From Candidatus Nanoarchaeia archaeon (GTDB taxonomy: Archaea; Nanobdellota; Nanobdellia; SCGC-AAA011-G17; GW2011-AR18): a stretch of DNA of 64,000 nucleotides. The stretch covers positions 132 to 64,131 of the forward strand of contig DATDVT010000045.1 of NCBI GenBank assembly GCA_035289905.1. The letters are read 5' to 3'. Under the pieces are notes generated by a model. The model made no database searches. It saw only the letters and a list, made by a program, of their open reading frames with translations, and was not told the DNA's origin. Positions 28,661 through 37,954 of this stretch are shown in pieces; positions within the stretch are counted from its first letter, which is position 1; each line of letters begins with the position of its first letter. A program made the translations under genes and the position numbers.

Positions 28661-29405
28661 AATATCTTTAATAGTTCCTGCACATAATGAAGAAAAAAGA
28701 ATTGAAGACACAATAATAAATTTTCAAAAGCTACTTAGCGAATATAAAGATTATGAAATAATCTTCGTTTGCAATAATTGTACTGATTCTACTATTGATT
28801 TAATAAAACAACATAAAGAAAAAAACAATAAAATAAAAATTTTAGAATACTCTGGAATAAAGGGTAAGGGTTATGCTGTAGTCTCTGGTCTAAAAAAAGC
28901 AGATGGAGATATTCTTGGATTCTTAGATGCGGATGACGCCTTTGAACATAAATACATCCATAAGATAATCTCAAAATTTGAAAATGAGCATTATGATTGT
29001 GTAATTGCATCTAAATGGAAAAATCAAGGATTTAAAGATGTAAATGAATCATTTCAAAGAAAATTACTTGCTATAGGATGGAATTTGCTCTCAAAAGTAC
29101 TTCTTGACTTAAATTATACAGATACCCAAGCTGGAGCTAAATTCTTAAGAAAAAAGGCATTTAATAAAATCAATAAAAATTTTACTTGTAATGGGTTTGA
29201 TTTTGATGTAGAACTTTTATTTAAACTAAAACAAGCTAATCAAAAAATAACTGAAATATTTGTGCCTACAAAAGAGAGAAGATTCTCAACATTTCATTAC
29301 AAATATGTTCCTGGAATGGCTTGGAGAATAATAAAGTTATTTACTAAAAGAATAAATAAACTACCATATTTGACTATAAAGAGTAGAATGTCTACTTCTA
29401 AATAA
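28638..29405 (+). CDS. GT2 glycosyltransferase (DPM1-like, soluble)
   Basis: 255 aa; ISLIVPAHNEE, GFLDADDAF. Confidence 0.7.
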   Translation: MRYKKMSKISLIVPAHNEEKRIEDTIINFQKLLSEYKDYEIIFVCNNCTDSTIDLIKQHKEKNNKIKILEYSGIKGKGYAVVSGLKKADGDILGFLDADDAFEHKYIHKIISKFENEHYDCVIASKWKNQGFKDVNESFQRKLLAIGWNLLSKVLLDLNYTDTQAGAKFLRKKAFNKINKNFTCNGFDFDVELLFKLKQANQKITEIFVPTKERRFSTFHYKYVPGMAWRIIKLFTKRINKLPYLTIKSRMSTSK

Positions 29406-30323
29406 ACCATACAAAAATCCAAAGCCATAACTAAAATGCGTTAGAATCAAACCAAAAAAGATACATAGACTTCTTTCTATTTTAAAAAGTAAAGAACTAA
29501 ATAAAACAATAAATAAATAAAGTAATAAGAATGATACATAAATTAATCTAAACCATTCAAAAAAAATACTGATTATAAAACCAAAAAAAACAAATAAAAC
29601 AAATAAACTTAATATTCCATAATATATTTTTTCAAAAGAAAATTGTTCTTTTAATAACCAAGCAATATCTCTCCCATATATCCACATTTGTTTAGCGTGA
29701 TCTATAAATAACTCTCTTCTATGATGAAAAACAATAATATTTGGAAAATACCAAACCTCTTTACCTAAATTAAGAATATCAAAACATAATTTTGAATCCT
29801 CAGCAGTTAGTAAAGTAGTATCAAAACCTTTAACAAAGTTAAATAATTCTTTTCTAATGAATAAATTACATGTGGGTAACTCCCAAACCCTTTTAGGTTT
29901 TTTTCCAATTTGATACCTTATACTGCTAGTACCAGTTAACCAACTAGTTAATACATCACCCCCACATTTACTCCAATAGTTATCTTCTTTCGGAGTTAAA
30001 TTAGGACCACCTACAATACCAATTTTTTTATTTTCAAATGCAATTAAGGCCTTTTCTATCCAATCGGTTCTAGGATAAGCATCATCATCTATAAAGGCTA
30101 AAATTTCGCCTTTAGCTAGTTTTACCCCTAAATTTCTCTTTTCTGCTGGCCTTATTTTCCCTGTAGGAACTATTTTATAATCTTTAAAATGTATTTTTTT
30201 ATTAAAATCTGGCAAGATAATAGTTTCAAAACTTCGATTATTTAATCTAGAAATAGAATCTAAACATCTCTCTAAACCCCTTCCTATCTCCATACAAGGA
30301 ATTATTATAGAAACCTTAACCAT
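29361..30323 (-). CDS. GT2 glycosyltransferase with C-terminal TM region
   Basis: 320 aa; VSIIIPC, DDDAYP, GGPNL. Confidence 0.7.
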   Translation of the reverse strand: MVKVSIIIPCMEIGRGLERCLDSISRLNNRSFETIILPDFNKKIHFKDYKIVPTGKIRPAEKRNLGVKLAKGEILAFIDDDAYPRTDWIEKALIAFENKKIGIVGGPNLTPKEDNYWSKCGGDVLTSWLTGTSSIRYQIGKKPKRVWELPTCNLFIRKELFNFVKGFDTTLLTAEDSKLCFDILNLGKEVWYFPNIIVFHHRRELFIDHAKQMWIYGRDIAWLLKEQFSFEKIYYGILSLFVLFVFFGFIISIFFEWFRLIYVSFLLLYLFIVLFSSLLFKIERSLCIFFGLILTHFSYGFGFLYGLFRSRHSTLYSQIW

Positions 30324-30370
30324 ACACTAAATATAAAACTAAAAAATTAAAAATCTTTGCTTATTCTAAT

Positions 30371-30607
30371 TTATATATTCAAAACCCCATAAGAAGCCCT
30401 TAAAAAAACAATACCATAGTCCTTAGTACCTTGATTATCTGTAATCTTACAATCCTTTAAAACAATGTTCATATAAACGTCAAAAGACTCTAAAATTCCT
30501 GTATAATTTTTACCATTAATCAAATCAATACTTATCTTTTTACCCCTCAATTTCATCAAATCCATTAGTGGTTTACTCATTTGAATTGTATTAATTTCTT
30601 CTTCCAT
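30371..30607 (-). CDS. Sm-like (LSm/SmAP) protein
   Basis: 78 aa; Sm1/Sm2-like pattern GKNYTGILESFDVYMNIVLKD...GIVFLRASYGVLNI. Confidence 0.55.
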   Translation of the reverse strand: MEEEINTIQMSKPLMDLMKLRGKKISIDLINGKNYTGILESFDVYMNIVLKDCKITDNQGTKDYGIVFLRASYGVLNI

Positions 30608-30644
30608 CTTAATTTAAAAAAATAAAAGTATAAAAAAGTTCCTA

Positions 30645-31112
30645 TTAAGAGGATGGGAATACTGTTGTACCTACTGGACCATAGCTTACTGTTATACTTG
30701 TCTCTTGGTTTGAAGGGCCTACTAAATAATAGGTTTTCTGTAAATTTTGACCATCTATTATTTCTATTCTAGGAGTCATTTTTGTCAAATTTGATGGATC
30801 ATAGGGTAACCCCCTTTGAGAATTCAAATTTAAATTCTTTCCTTTTGCACCTATAAACGCATAAGCATTATATCGATCATTACAATTATTAGCACTTACA
30901 AAAGTTTTTTTAAGCTCGTATACATAAAATTCCATATTACAAAAAGTATCTGACATAGAAGATCGAACTAAATCAAGGATATAATATTTATTAGATGGTA
31001 ATTGAACTTCCAAACCGACCCCAGGGGTTACTAATCCCAAATCTTTAACAATTTGACCTGTTGCTCTATCTTTTATTTTAACATACGTATTAATCGTAAC
31101 CGGTTGAAGCAA
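30645..31112 (-). CDS. hypothetical protein (TTG start); possibly secreted if fused to upstream small TM ORF
   Basis: 155 aa; NLT sequon; no recognised domain. Confidence 0.35.
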   Translation of the reverse strand: MLQPVTINTYVKIKDRATGQIVKDLGLVTPGVGLEVQLPSNKYYILDLVRSSMSDTFCNMEFYVYELKKTFVSANNCNDRYNAYAFIGAKGKNLNLNSQRGLPYDPSNLTKMTPRIEIIDGQNLQKTYYLVGPSNQETSITVSYGPVGTTVFPSS

Positions 31113-31260
31113 TACTTAAATTGCCAGTACCTGCAACAAAATTACCAGTATATTCTTCACTTGTACTATTCAAAGTAAACATAGCGACAGCTGCGATGAC
31201 AACAACTAAAACTATTGCAACTAAACTTCCATAAAAATATTTATTTTCTATTTTAATCAC
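31090..31260 (-). CDS. unannotated small single-TM peptide (56 aa, GTG start), overlaps start of 30645-31112 in +1 frame
   Basis: my translation: VIKIENKYFYGSLVAIVLVVVIAAVAMFTLNSTSEEYTGNFVAGTGNLSIASTGYD; hydrophobic helix, NST sequon; RBS-like AAGAGGTG. Confidence 0.3.
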   Translation of the reverse strand: MIKIENKYFYGSLVAIVLVVVIAAVAMFTLNSTSEEYTGNFVAGTGNLSIASTGYD

Positions 31261-31291
31261 CTCTTATTTTAATAAGTAATATTAAACTAGT

Positions 31292-32497
31292 TTATAAACT
31301 TAACCTTATAATATGTTTACCGAATCTATTTATATGCTGTTGCAAATATCCCAAGTCGCCATTAATTTTGAAAGAATTGCTATCTAATATATAACAATAC
31401 ATACATTTAATGCATTTATTCATAGGAATTTTTCCATTTTCAGCCCTTAACTCCATCGGGCAATACTCTTCTAAAATCCGATTATTACCAATCATTTTAA
31501 TTTCTTTTACATTGATTTCATCTAGAATATATACATCTTGTCTAACCTTTATTTTATACAAAAAATCTGGAATCGGACCAGAGGAAAATAAAGGATCAAA
31601 AATTTTCCAGTACCTTGGTCTAACAAATATATTTTTCAATAAAACAGAAGCAGCAAGATTTTTTTTAGGTCTTAAAAAGTTAAATTTGTTTTTAATATCA
31701 CTTAAAATTTTTAAATCTTTTTCAGTAAAATAGTTCTTTTTAAGCCTTAAATATTCAATCTCATCAATATCAAAACCCATTAATTTAGCACAAACAGTAT
31801 CTACAAAAAAACAGTCTTTTCCAGCAATTATACAACCTACTTTTTTAGCAATTCCATCTCCTGGACCATCACCTTCCATTGCTACAATTCCATCAACAAT
31901 ATTCAAATCAACTCTAATCTGTTCACCCAAAGAAACAATATTGGGAAAAAAATTATCATGAATTCTTCTTTTCTCTAATCCTTGTAAACAACCCATTAAA
32001 TTTTTTGTTGCGATAGATATGGTTGCCTCCATATGGGTCTTTAATTTTGGTAAATTAATAACAAAATCAGCTTTAAACAATTCTTCACTAACTTTAACTA
32101 ACTTGTCATCAGCTAACTTTATTTCTCTAAATTCTGTTTTATTCAAATCAATAACATCCACACCTAAAACATTACCAAGATCTTTAATTCTTAACCTTTT
32201 CAAAACATCAATTCCTAAATGACTGATGCCACAGTTACAACCCTCAGCTATTATTATTTTCTTATATCCTCTGCTCCTCAACTCATCTATAATAGAAATA
32301 ATAATCCTTAAGTCTGTACTATTTCCAATCAAAGCATTTAAATCATTATTACAATTTGGTTTTAATAATATTCTAATATTCTTATCTTCAGGTAAATTAA
32401 AAATATTAAAAATTTTATAAATAATTCTCCGAATATCTTTAAACTTAAATATTCCCTCCCCAATAATTACTTGTTTAGATAGGTTATATTCTTCCAT
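31292..32497 (-). CDS. DUF362-family protein with C-terminal 4Fe-4S cluster-binding motif
   Basis: 401 aa; LLKPN, NLPKLKTH, IVDGIVAMEGDGPG (DUF362-like motifs, from memory); C-term CIKCMYC + CPM. Confidence 0.5.
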   Translation of the reverse strand: MEEYNLSKQVIIGEGIFKFKDIRRIIYKIFNIFNLPEDKNIRILLKPNCNNDLNALIGNSTDLRIIISIIDELRSRGYKKIIIAEGCNCGISHLGIDVLKRLRIKDLGNVLGVDVIDLNKTEFREIKLADDKLVKVSEELFKADFVINLPKLKTHMEATISIATKNLMGCLQGLEKRRIHDNFFPNIVSLGEQIRVDLNIVDGIVAMEGDGPGDGIAKKVGCIIAGKDCFFVDTVCAKLMGFDIDEIEYLRLKKNYFTEKDLKILSDIKNKFNFLRPKKNLAASVLLKNIFVRPRYWKIFDPLFSSGPIPDFLYKIKVRQDVYILDEINVKEIKMIGNNRILEEYCPMELRAENGKIPMNKCIKCMYCYILDSNSFKINGDLGYLQQHINRFGKHIIRLSL

Positions 32498-32552
32498 AAA
32501 ATAAACTTATCTCAATAATTTATAAATATTTCATATTATATAATCTATATCT

Positions 32553-32849
32553 TCAACAAAAGCTTTCTAATTCCTTTAATTTATCAATATAATTCCCAGA
32601 AACATCAACCCAAACCTCAGACTCGCTTATATGCATAATTACCTCATCACAAAACTTAATATCAATAACCTTCTCATTTTCATACAAATCTTCTAAAAAA
32701 TCAACTAAATCCTTAACCTCAACCTCTTTTTCACCCAAATCATATTTAACAACTATCTTATTAAAATTTAAAGTATTTATTATTTCATCTAAAACCTCAA
32801 TATAATCAAAATAAGACTCAACAACAAATCTCTTTTCCATTAATTCCAT
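32553..32849 (-). CDS. hypothetical acidic protein
   Basis: 98 aa; ORF only. Confidence 0.3.
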   Translation of the reverse strand: MELMEKRFVVESYFDYIEVLDEIINTLNFNKIVVKYDLGEKEVEVKDLVDFLEDLYENEKVIDIKFCDEVIMHISESEVWVDVSGNYIDKLKELESFC

Positions 32850-32864
32850 AAGAACTTAAAATAT

Positions 32865-33902
32865 TTAAATATATTTGTAACAATCCCATAGTTTCAATTC
32901 TTTAGGAGTCTCAAAATTTGAAATAAACACACCATCCAAATTCTGATAACCGTGCATTCCTTTTATTTTTTCTTTGTTGTAATAGTTTGGCCAAAAAACA
33001 CCGCCATTCTTTAAGCTTATTATCGTTTCTCCATGCTTTCCAGCAGGGGGTAAACCGCTTTTTCTCATCATTTCTTCATCCCAAATAATCACTCTACTAT
33101 CCCCTATATTATCTAGAATTTTCTCTCCGACATCCCAAAACCTACAGATTGTAGAATCAATAAACATTTTTCCTCTAAAATCTCCAACTAAATCCTTAAT
33201 ATCTATAAAAAATTCAACATTGCTCATTCCATGATCACTCCAAATAATTATCTTTCCTTCACCAAAAGCCTTAACAATAAACTTAATTCTATCATCCATT
33301 TCTTTCAAACAATCTTCAAATTCTATAGAATTTACACCGAACTTATGGCCTGTTTTATCCAATTCAACCAAATGAATATAATACACATCAAAATCCCTAT
33401 TAAAATATTTAACAAAAGATTTAGCCTTTTTCCAGTCATTATTAAAAAAGGGTCTAAGTCTATGCTTTCCATTTATAACCAAATGAGGCCAAGAATAACA
33501 TAAATATTTTTTATTTAAAAAATAACTATCCTTAACATCCCAAATATTTCTTTCGGTAGCTACATCAACCCAACCAAAAACATCAAAAGGAATATTATGC
33601 AGCTTACACAAATAACTTCTTCCATCTAAATATTGTTTTAAAGCAAAAAAATAATCTAAAGCGCTTCTAAATCTTTTCAAATATTTTTTATCTTTTAAAA
33701 ATCTAAAATATCCATCTTTCTTAATAAACTCCACCCAAATATCATTTTCTATAGGTTTCTTACCTGTAAAAAAACTAAATTCTATCCCAGTATAACCAAA
33801 AATTGTTTTTAGCCTAGCTTTATTCTGAAAACTAGTTAAAAACTTCATTTTATCTAATTGATCATAACCTAAGGCATCCAAACAAATAATTAATGTTTTC
33901 AT
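32865..33902 (-). CDS. alkaline-phosphatase-superfamily protein (type I phosphodiesterase/nucleotide pyrophosphatase-like)
   Basis: 345 aa; N-term IICLDALGYD, TGKKP, LDKTGHKFG, IIWSDHGM metal-ligand-like motifs. Confidence 0.5.
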   Translation of the reverse strand: MKTLIICLDALGYDQLDKMKFLTSFQNKARLKTIFGYTGIEFSFFTGKKPIENDIWVEFIKKDGYFRFLKDKKYLKRFRSALDYFFALKQYLDGRSYLCKLHNIPFDVFGWVDVATERNIWDVKDSYFLNKKYLCYSWPHLVINGKHRLRPFFNNDWKKAKSFVKYFNRDFDVYYIHLVELDKTGHKFGVNSIEFEDCLKEMDDRIKFIVKAFGEGKIIIWSDHGMSNVEFFIDIKDLVGDFRGKMFIDSTICRFWDVGEKILDNIGDSRVIIWDEEMMRKSGLPPAGKHGETIISLKNGGVFWPNYYNKEKIKGMHGYQNLDGVFISNFETPKELKLWDCYKYI

Positions 33903-34065
33903 AGTTTTTAAAGATAGAACAATAATTTAAACCTTATTTTTTTGCTTAAATCTAATAATTTCTTAATGCCAATATTAAATATATAATTTTAATAAGTATA
34001 ATGGTTATTAATTACAACATTAAACTTTCTCGATAAAAGACATACTTTTTTCTTGGTTTTTTAAA

Positions 34066-34353
34066 TTAATTTGCTTGAGAAAGATTAATTAATCTTGCCT
34101 CTAAAACCGTTCCATTAGATTTAAAATTACTATCTCCATTATCTTCTACCCTTTCATAAAATAATAATTCATAATAACACTCACAATTAGCCCGCCTTAA
34201 GCTATCAAGATACTTACCTAATTCCTCCGTAGTTTTAAAGCAGAAAAGACGATTAGAACCAGTAAAAGCAACAGCATAATTAAAATCAGATATATTATCA
34301 CACCTAACAATGTCTTTACCGTTGACTTCATAATATTCGTTCATAAAGAACAT
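34066..34353 (-). CDS. hypothetical protein
   Basis: 95 aa ORF downstream of NTase gene. Confidence 0.3.
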   Translation of the reverse strand: MFFMNEYYEVNGKDIVRCDNISDFNYAVAFTGSNRLFCFKTTEELGKYLDSLRRANCECYYELLFYERVEDNGDSNFKSNGTVLEARLINLSQAN

Positions 34354-34404
34354 AAAAAAATAACTTATATAAAAAGCTTATTCATTAATTAAAAAATATA
34401 TTTT

Positions 34405-35676
34405 CTAAACTATCTTTTGTAAAAAGAAAGCAACATAAGCATTAGCATAATCTTGGCTTATTGATTCCCAATCATTGCCTTTTACAGGATAGATACTACT
34501 TAAAATCATTCTACCCTTCATCAACATTTCTTTATCTACCCCTTCCTCTTTCAAAGAAAATAATATATAAGGCAGAGCAGAAAATATTACTAAATCCGGC
34601 CCGGAAGAAGAATAGAATATTTTATAGTAATCTTTATTTATTTGTTCTTTAACTCTTAAAAAATATTTATATTTGAAATAATAAGGCAAAGAAAATCGCA
34701 TCACCTTAGGAATTAATTTATTATCTATTCCTCTTAATTTCAAAAACCAATATCCATATTGTTCATAGTATTCTTTTCTCATATTTAAAATAACATTACT
34801 TAAATCATTAATCTCCCTTATTTCTTTTCCAGTAAACTTAGAAAAAAAGTATTTTGCAATCTCATACATATCTTTTCTTGCCTGATGCCAATATTCTAAA
34901 TCACTTAAATTAATATCCCTATCTAAATCTAATTTCCAAGTAGTAGCTTCAACAACTCTATCAACAAGATGGGGTATTAAAGAATATAATTCAGAAAAAT
35001 CTTTTTTATATGTTTCTTTAAAAATTTGCATTCTTTTAAAATAAGTGGGGGCATATTTTTCGCTTAAAATTAACAAAGCAGTACATGCATCAATATAAGC
35101 CTTAGCAACAAAATACTTTAACATCTCAGGATCATGCTTTCCATCTAAAGACATATATTCTACTAAATGGGTCATTCTATTCAACAAAACCCTTGCAGCC
35201 TCGGCTATTGGGATATCTTTAACCTTATAGTCTGGAATTAAATATCTTAAATCCTCACCCCAAACAACAACAGAAGAATTTTTTAATTCATAATACCTTA
35301 GCATAGGAAATAAAGTTTTTAATTGATCAACAGTTAAACATTTAAAATCATAATAAAAATTATCCCCTAAAGTCTGTTTTTTATCAAAAATTTCTAAAGT
35401 AATTCCTTTTTTATTCCATTTTGCAGCAACCAATCTAGCAACCTCTTCTATATATCCATTATCTATTCTTTTATCAGTTATAACATAAACATCATAATCA
35501 TTTGCTGGAAAAAATTTACCATCAATAAACCTACCACTCCCTTCTCCTCTCCCAAAACCTCCATACAAAATAATACTTCTTACTCCTCTAATTCTCTCGA
35601 GAACGATCTTATTAGCCAAATCCATTTGTGTTTGAACTTGATCATCTCCTTTTGAATTAAAACAATATTTACCCAT
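34405..35676 (-). CDS. Pol-beta-superfamily nucleotidyltransferase domain protein with large C-terminal helical region
   Basis: 423 aa; YGGFGRGEGSG...NDYDVYVITD (G[GS]...DxD NTase signature). Confidence 0.5.
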   Translation of the reverse strand: MGKYCFNSKGDDQVQTQMDLANKIVLERIRGVRSIILYGGFGRGEGSGRFIDGKFFPANDYDVYVITDKRIDNGYIEEVARLVAAKWNKKGITLEIFDKKQTLGDNFYYDFKCLTVDQLKTLFPMLRYYELKNSSVVVWGEDLRYLIPDYKVKDIPIAEAARVLLNRMTHLVEYMSLDGKHDPEMLKYFVAKAYIDACTALLILSEKYAPTYFKRMQIFKETYKKDFSELYSLIPHLVDRVVEATTWKLDLDRDINLSDLEYWHQARKDMYEIAKYFFSKFTGKEIREINDLSNVILNMRKEYYEQYGYWFLKLRGIDNKLIPKVMRFSLPYYFKYKYFLRVKEQINKDYYKIFYSSSGPDLVIFSALPYILFSLKEEGVDKEMLMKGRMILSSIYPVKGNDWESISQDYANAYVAFFLQKIV

Positions 35677-35850
35677 AAAAAAAAGAAATATATCGTTTAT
35701 ATTAACTTAATTATGCTAAAGATATTGTATTTATTTAAAATAAGCTGAATTCAAATCAAATATAAACAAAAAAATGATCTAAATATTCAAAAACCAATAA
35801 CTTTAATTTAAATATATTTATAAATTTAATAATATAGGAGAAAAAATTAA

Positions 35851-37236
35851 ATGGATGATATTATCTTCATAAACCCCCCATATTATATTAAAGCTGAAAA
35901 AAAATTAAATCTTGCATTTTATAGAGAGTTAGATATTATTCAACCATTAGGATTATGTTATCTTGCTTCAAGTTGCCAAAAAAAGGGATTGAAAACTAAA
36001 ATAATTGATATGGAAGCAGAAGCAATTAACTTAAAAAAATTAATTTTTAAATTAAAAAAATTACAACCAAGAACAATAGGTATTACCTGTCCATCACCCT
36101 TACTTAAAAACGTACTAACAATTAGTAACGAAATAAAAAAAGAACTTCATATACCAATAATAATTGGTGGACCTCATACAATGATCAATCCAGAAACTTT
36201 AATTAATGATCAAAATATAGATTATGTTATCAAAGGAGAAGCTGAAGATACACTTCCAGAACTAATAAAAGCGATTAATTCAAAAAAAAATCTAGAAGAA
36301 ATTCCAAATTTAATATTTAAAAAAGAAAACAAAATTATATCTACTCCAATTAAAGATCAGGAAAAAGATATAAATGAGTATCCATTTCCAGCAAGAGAAC
36401 TATTAAATAATAAATATTATTTTAGTATTTTTACAAAAGGAAATGTATGCACTGGTATTATAACCTCAAGAGGATGCCCCTACAACTGTATATTCTGTAA
36501 TCCATTATATAAAAAAATAAGAAAAAGAAGTATAGAAAATGTAATTCAAGAAATTAAAGAAGTGATTCAGAAGCATAATATTTTATATTTTGAATTTTTT
36601 GATGAAACATTTAATTTAAATAAAAAATGGTTAATAGATTTTTGCCAAAAAATTATAGATGAAAAAATCAATATGAGATGGAGAATCAGATGTCGCCCAG
36701 ACCTAATTGATGATGAAATTAGTTCTATATTAAAGAAAGCAAACTGTATAACTATTTCATTAGGGATAGAGTCTGCAAACGAAAACACATTAAAATTTTT
36801 TAAAAAAAATTATACTCTAACGGATATTAAAAAGGCTATAAAAAGTATAAAAGAGCACAAATTAAAAATCCATGGATATTTTATTCTAGGATCACCAACA
36901 GAAACAAAAGAAGAAATGTTAAATACAATAGATTTCGCAATTAAAAGCAAAATAGATTATGCAAGTTTTACATTACTTACACCTATTCCAGGAACAGAAC
37001 TATATAAAATTGCTATAGAAAAAGGCTGGTATAAAGATCAAAACAAAACTGACTACTCAGAACAAAGTGGATATATAAAAGCTGTGTTAAAACATCCTAC
37101 ATTAAGCCAAAAAGAGATTGAAGATATCTATGCTCTTGCATACAAAAAATTTTATTTAAGAGGTAACGGTATTAAGGGTTTAATTATGCTAACAAGCCCA
37201 AAATTAATAATGAAAGCTATATCAAGGATATGTTAA
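35851..37236 (+). CDS. cobalamin-binding class B radical SAM protein
   Basis: 461 aa; SRGCPYNCIFC. Confidence 0.8.
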   Translation: MDDIIFINPPYYIKAEKKLNLAFYRELDIIQPLGLCYLASSCQKKGLKTKIIDMEAEAINLKKLIFKLKKLQPRTIGITCPSPLLKNVLTISNEIKKELHIPIIIGGPHTMINPETLINDQNIDYVIKGEAEDTLPELIKAINSKKNLEEIPNLIFKKENKIISTPIKDQEKDINEYPFPARELLNNKYYFSIFTKGNVCTGIITSRGCPYNCIFCNPLYKKIRKRSIENVIQEIKEVIQKHNILYFEFFDETFNLNKKWLIDFCQKIIDEKINMRWRIRCRPDLIDDEISSILKKANCITISLGIESANENTLKFFKKNYTLTDIKKAIKSIKEHKLKIHGYFILGSPTETKEEMLNTIDFAIKSKIDYASFTLLTPIPGTELYKIAIEKGWYKDQNKTDYSEQSGYIKAVLKHPTLSQKEIEDIYALAYKKFYLRGNGIKGLIMLTSPKLIMKAISRIC

Positions 37237-37237
37237 A

Positions 37238-37954
37238 ATGATAAATATCTTTTTACCTATTTACAATGAAGAAAAAATTGCTAAAAAAAATATTTTAGAG
37301 GTATATGAAAATGCTAAAAAACTAAAAGACTTGTTTAAAATAAACATCATAGATGACGGATCAACAGATAAAACCTCAGAAATCTGTAAAGAATTTATGA
37401 AAGAATACGAAGAAATAAATTATTTATATTTTAAAAATGGTCCTTCAAGAAGAGAAAATCTCAGTAAATCGTTTTTAGATGTTCCTGATAATGAAATAAT
37501 ATGTTTTATGGATATAGATTTAGCATCAGATATTACTAGAATTGAAGATTTAGTTAATTATATAAAACAAGGGTTTGATATATCTATAGGAAGTAGATAC
37601 AAAGGAACTAAAAGTGTAAGAAGTTTGAAAAGATTAATAATTAGTAAAACATATAACTCTCTTATAAAAATTTTATTTGGATCAAAGATAAAAGATCATC
37701 AATGTGGATTTAAAGCATTTAAATCAGAAAAAATTAAAGAAATCATTCTACAAATGGACGATGATCCATTATTTAAACGTGGATGGTTTTGGGATGCAGA
37801 AATATTACTTAGAGCACAAAAAAATAAGCTTAAAATTAAAGAATTTCCAGTTAGATGGGAAGCAGGAAAACAAAGTAGTTTTGATTTCAAAAGAGAATTA
37901 AAAATAGTAAAATATATGCCAATCCTATTCAAAAAAATTAAAAGGGTAAATTAA
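37238..37954 (+). CDS. GT2 glycosyltransferase (DPM1-like)
   Basis: 238 aa; IFLPIYNEE, IDDGSTDKT, FMDIDLASD; 1-nt gap after rSAM gene. Confidence 0.7.
   Translation: MINIFLPIYNEEKIAKKNILEVYENAKKLKDLFKINIIDDGSTDKTSEICKEFMKEYEEINYLYFKNGPSRRENLSKSFLDVPDNEIICFMDIDLASDITRIEDLVNYIKQGFDISIGSRYKGTKSVRSLKRLIISKTYNSLIKILFGSKIKDHQCGFKAFKSEKIKEIILQMDDDPLFKRGWFWDAEILLRAQKNKLKIKEFPVRWEAGKQSSFDFKRELKIVKYMPILFKKIKRVN

Noticed and set aside
23375-37932. Assorted small antisense ORFs (23375-23566, 25667-25906, 26405-26692, 28792-29010, 31410-31733, 32019-32420, 33231-33503, 34461-34652, 36567-36788, 37699-37932)
   Set aside because: Each is embedded antisense in a larger, motif-supported gene; considered AT-rich frame noise
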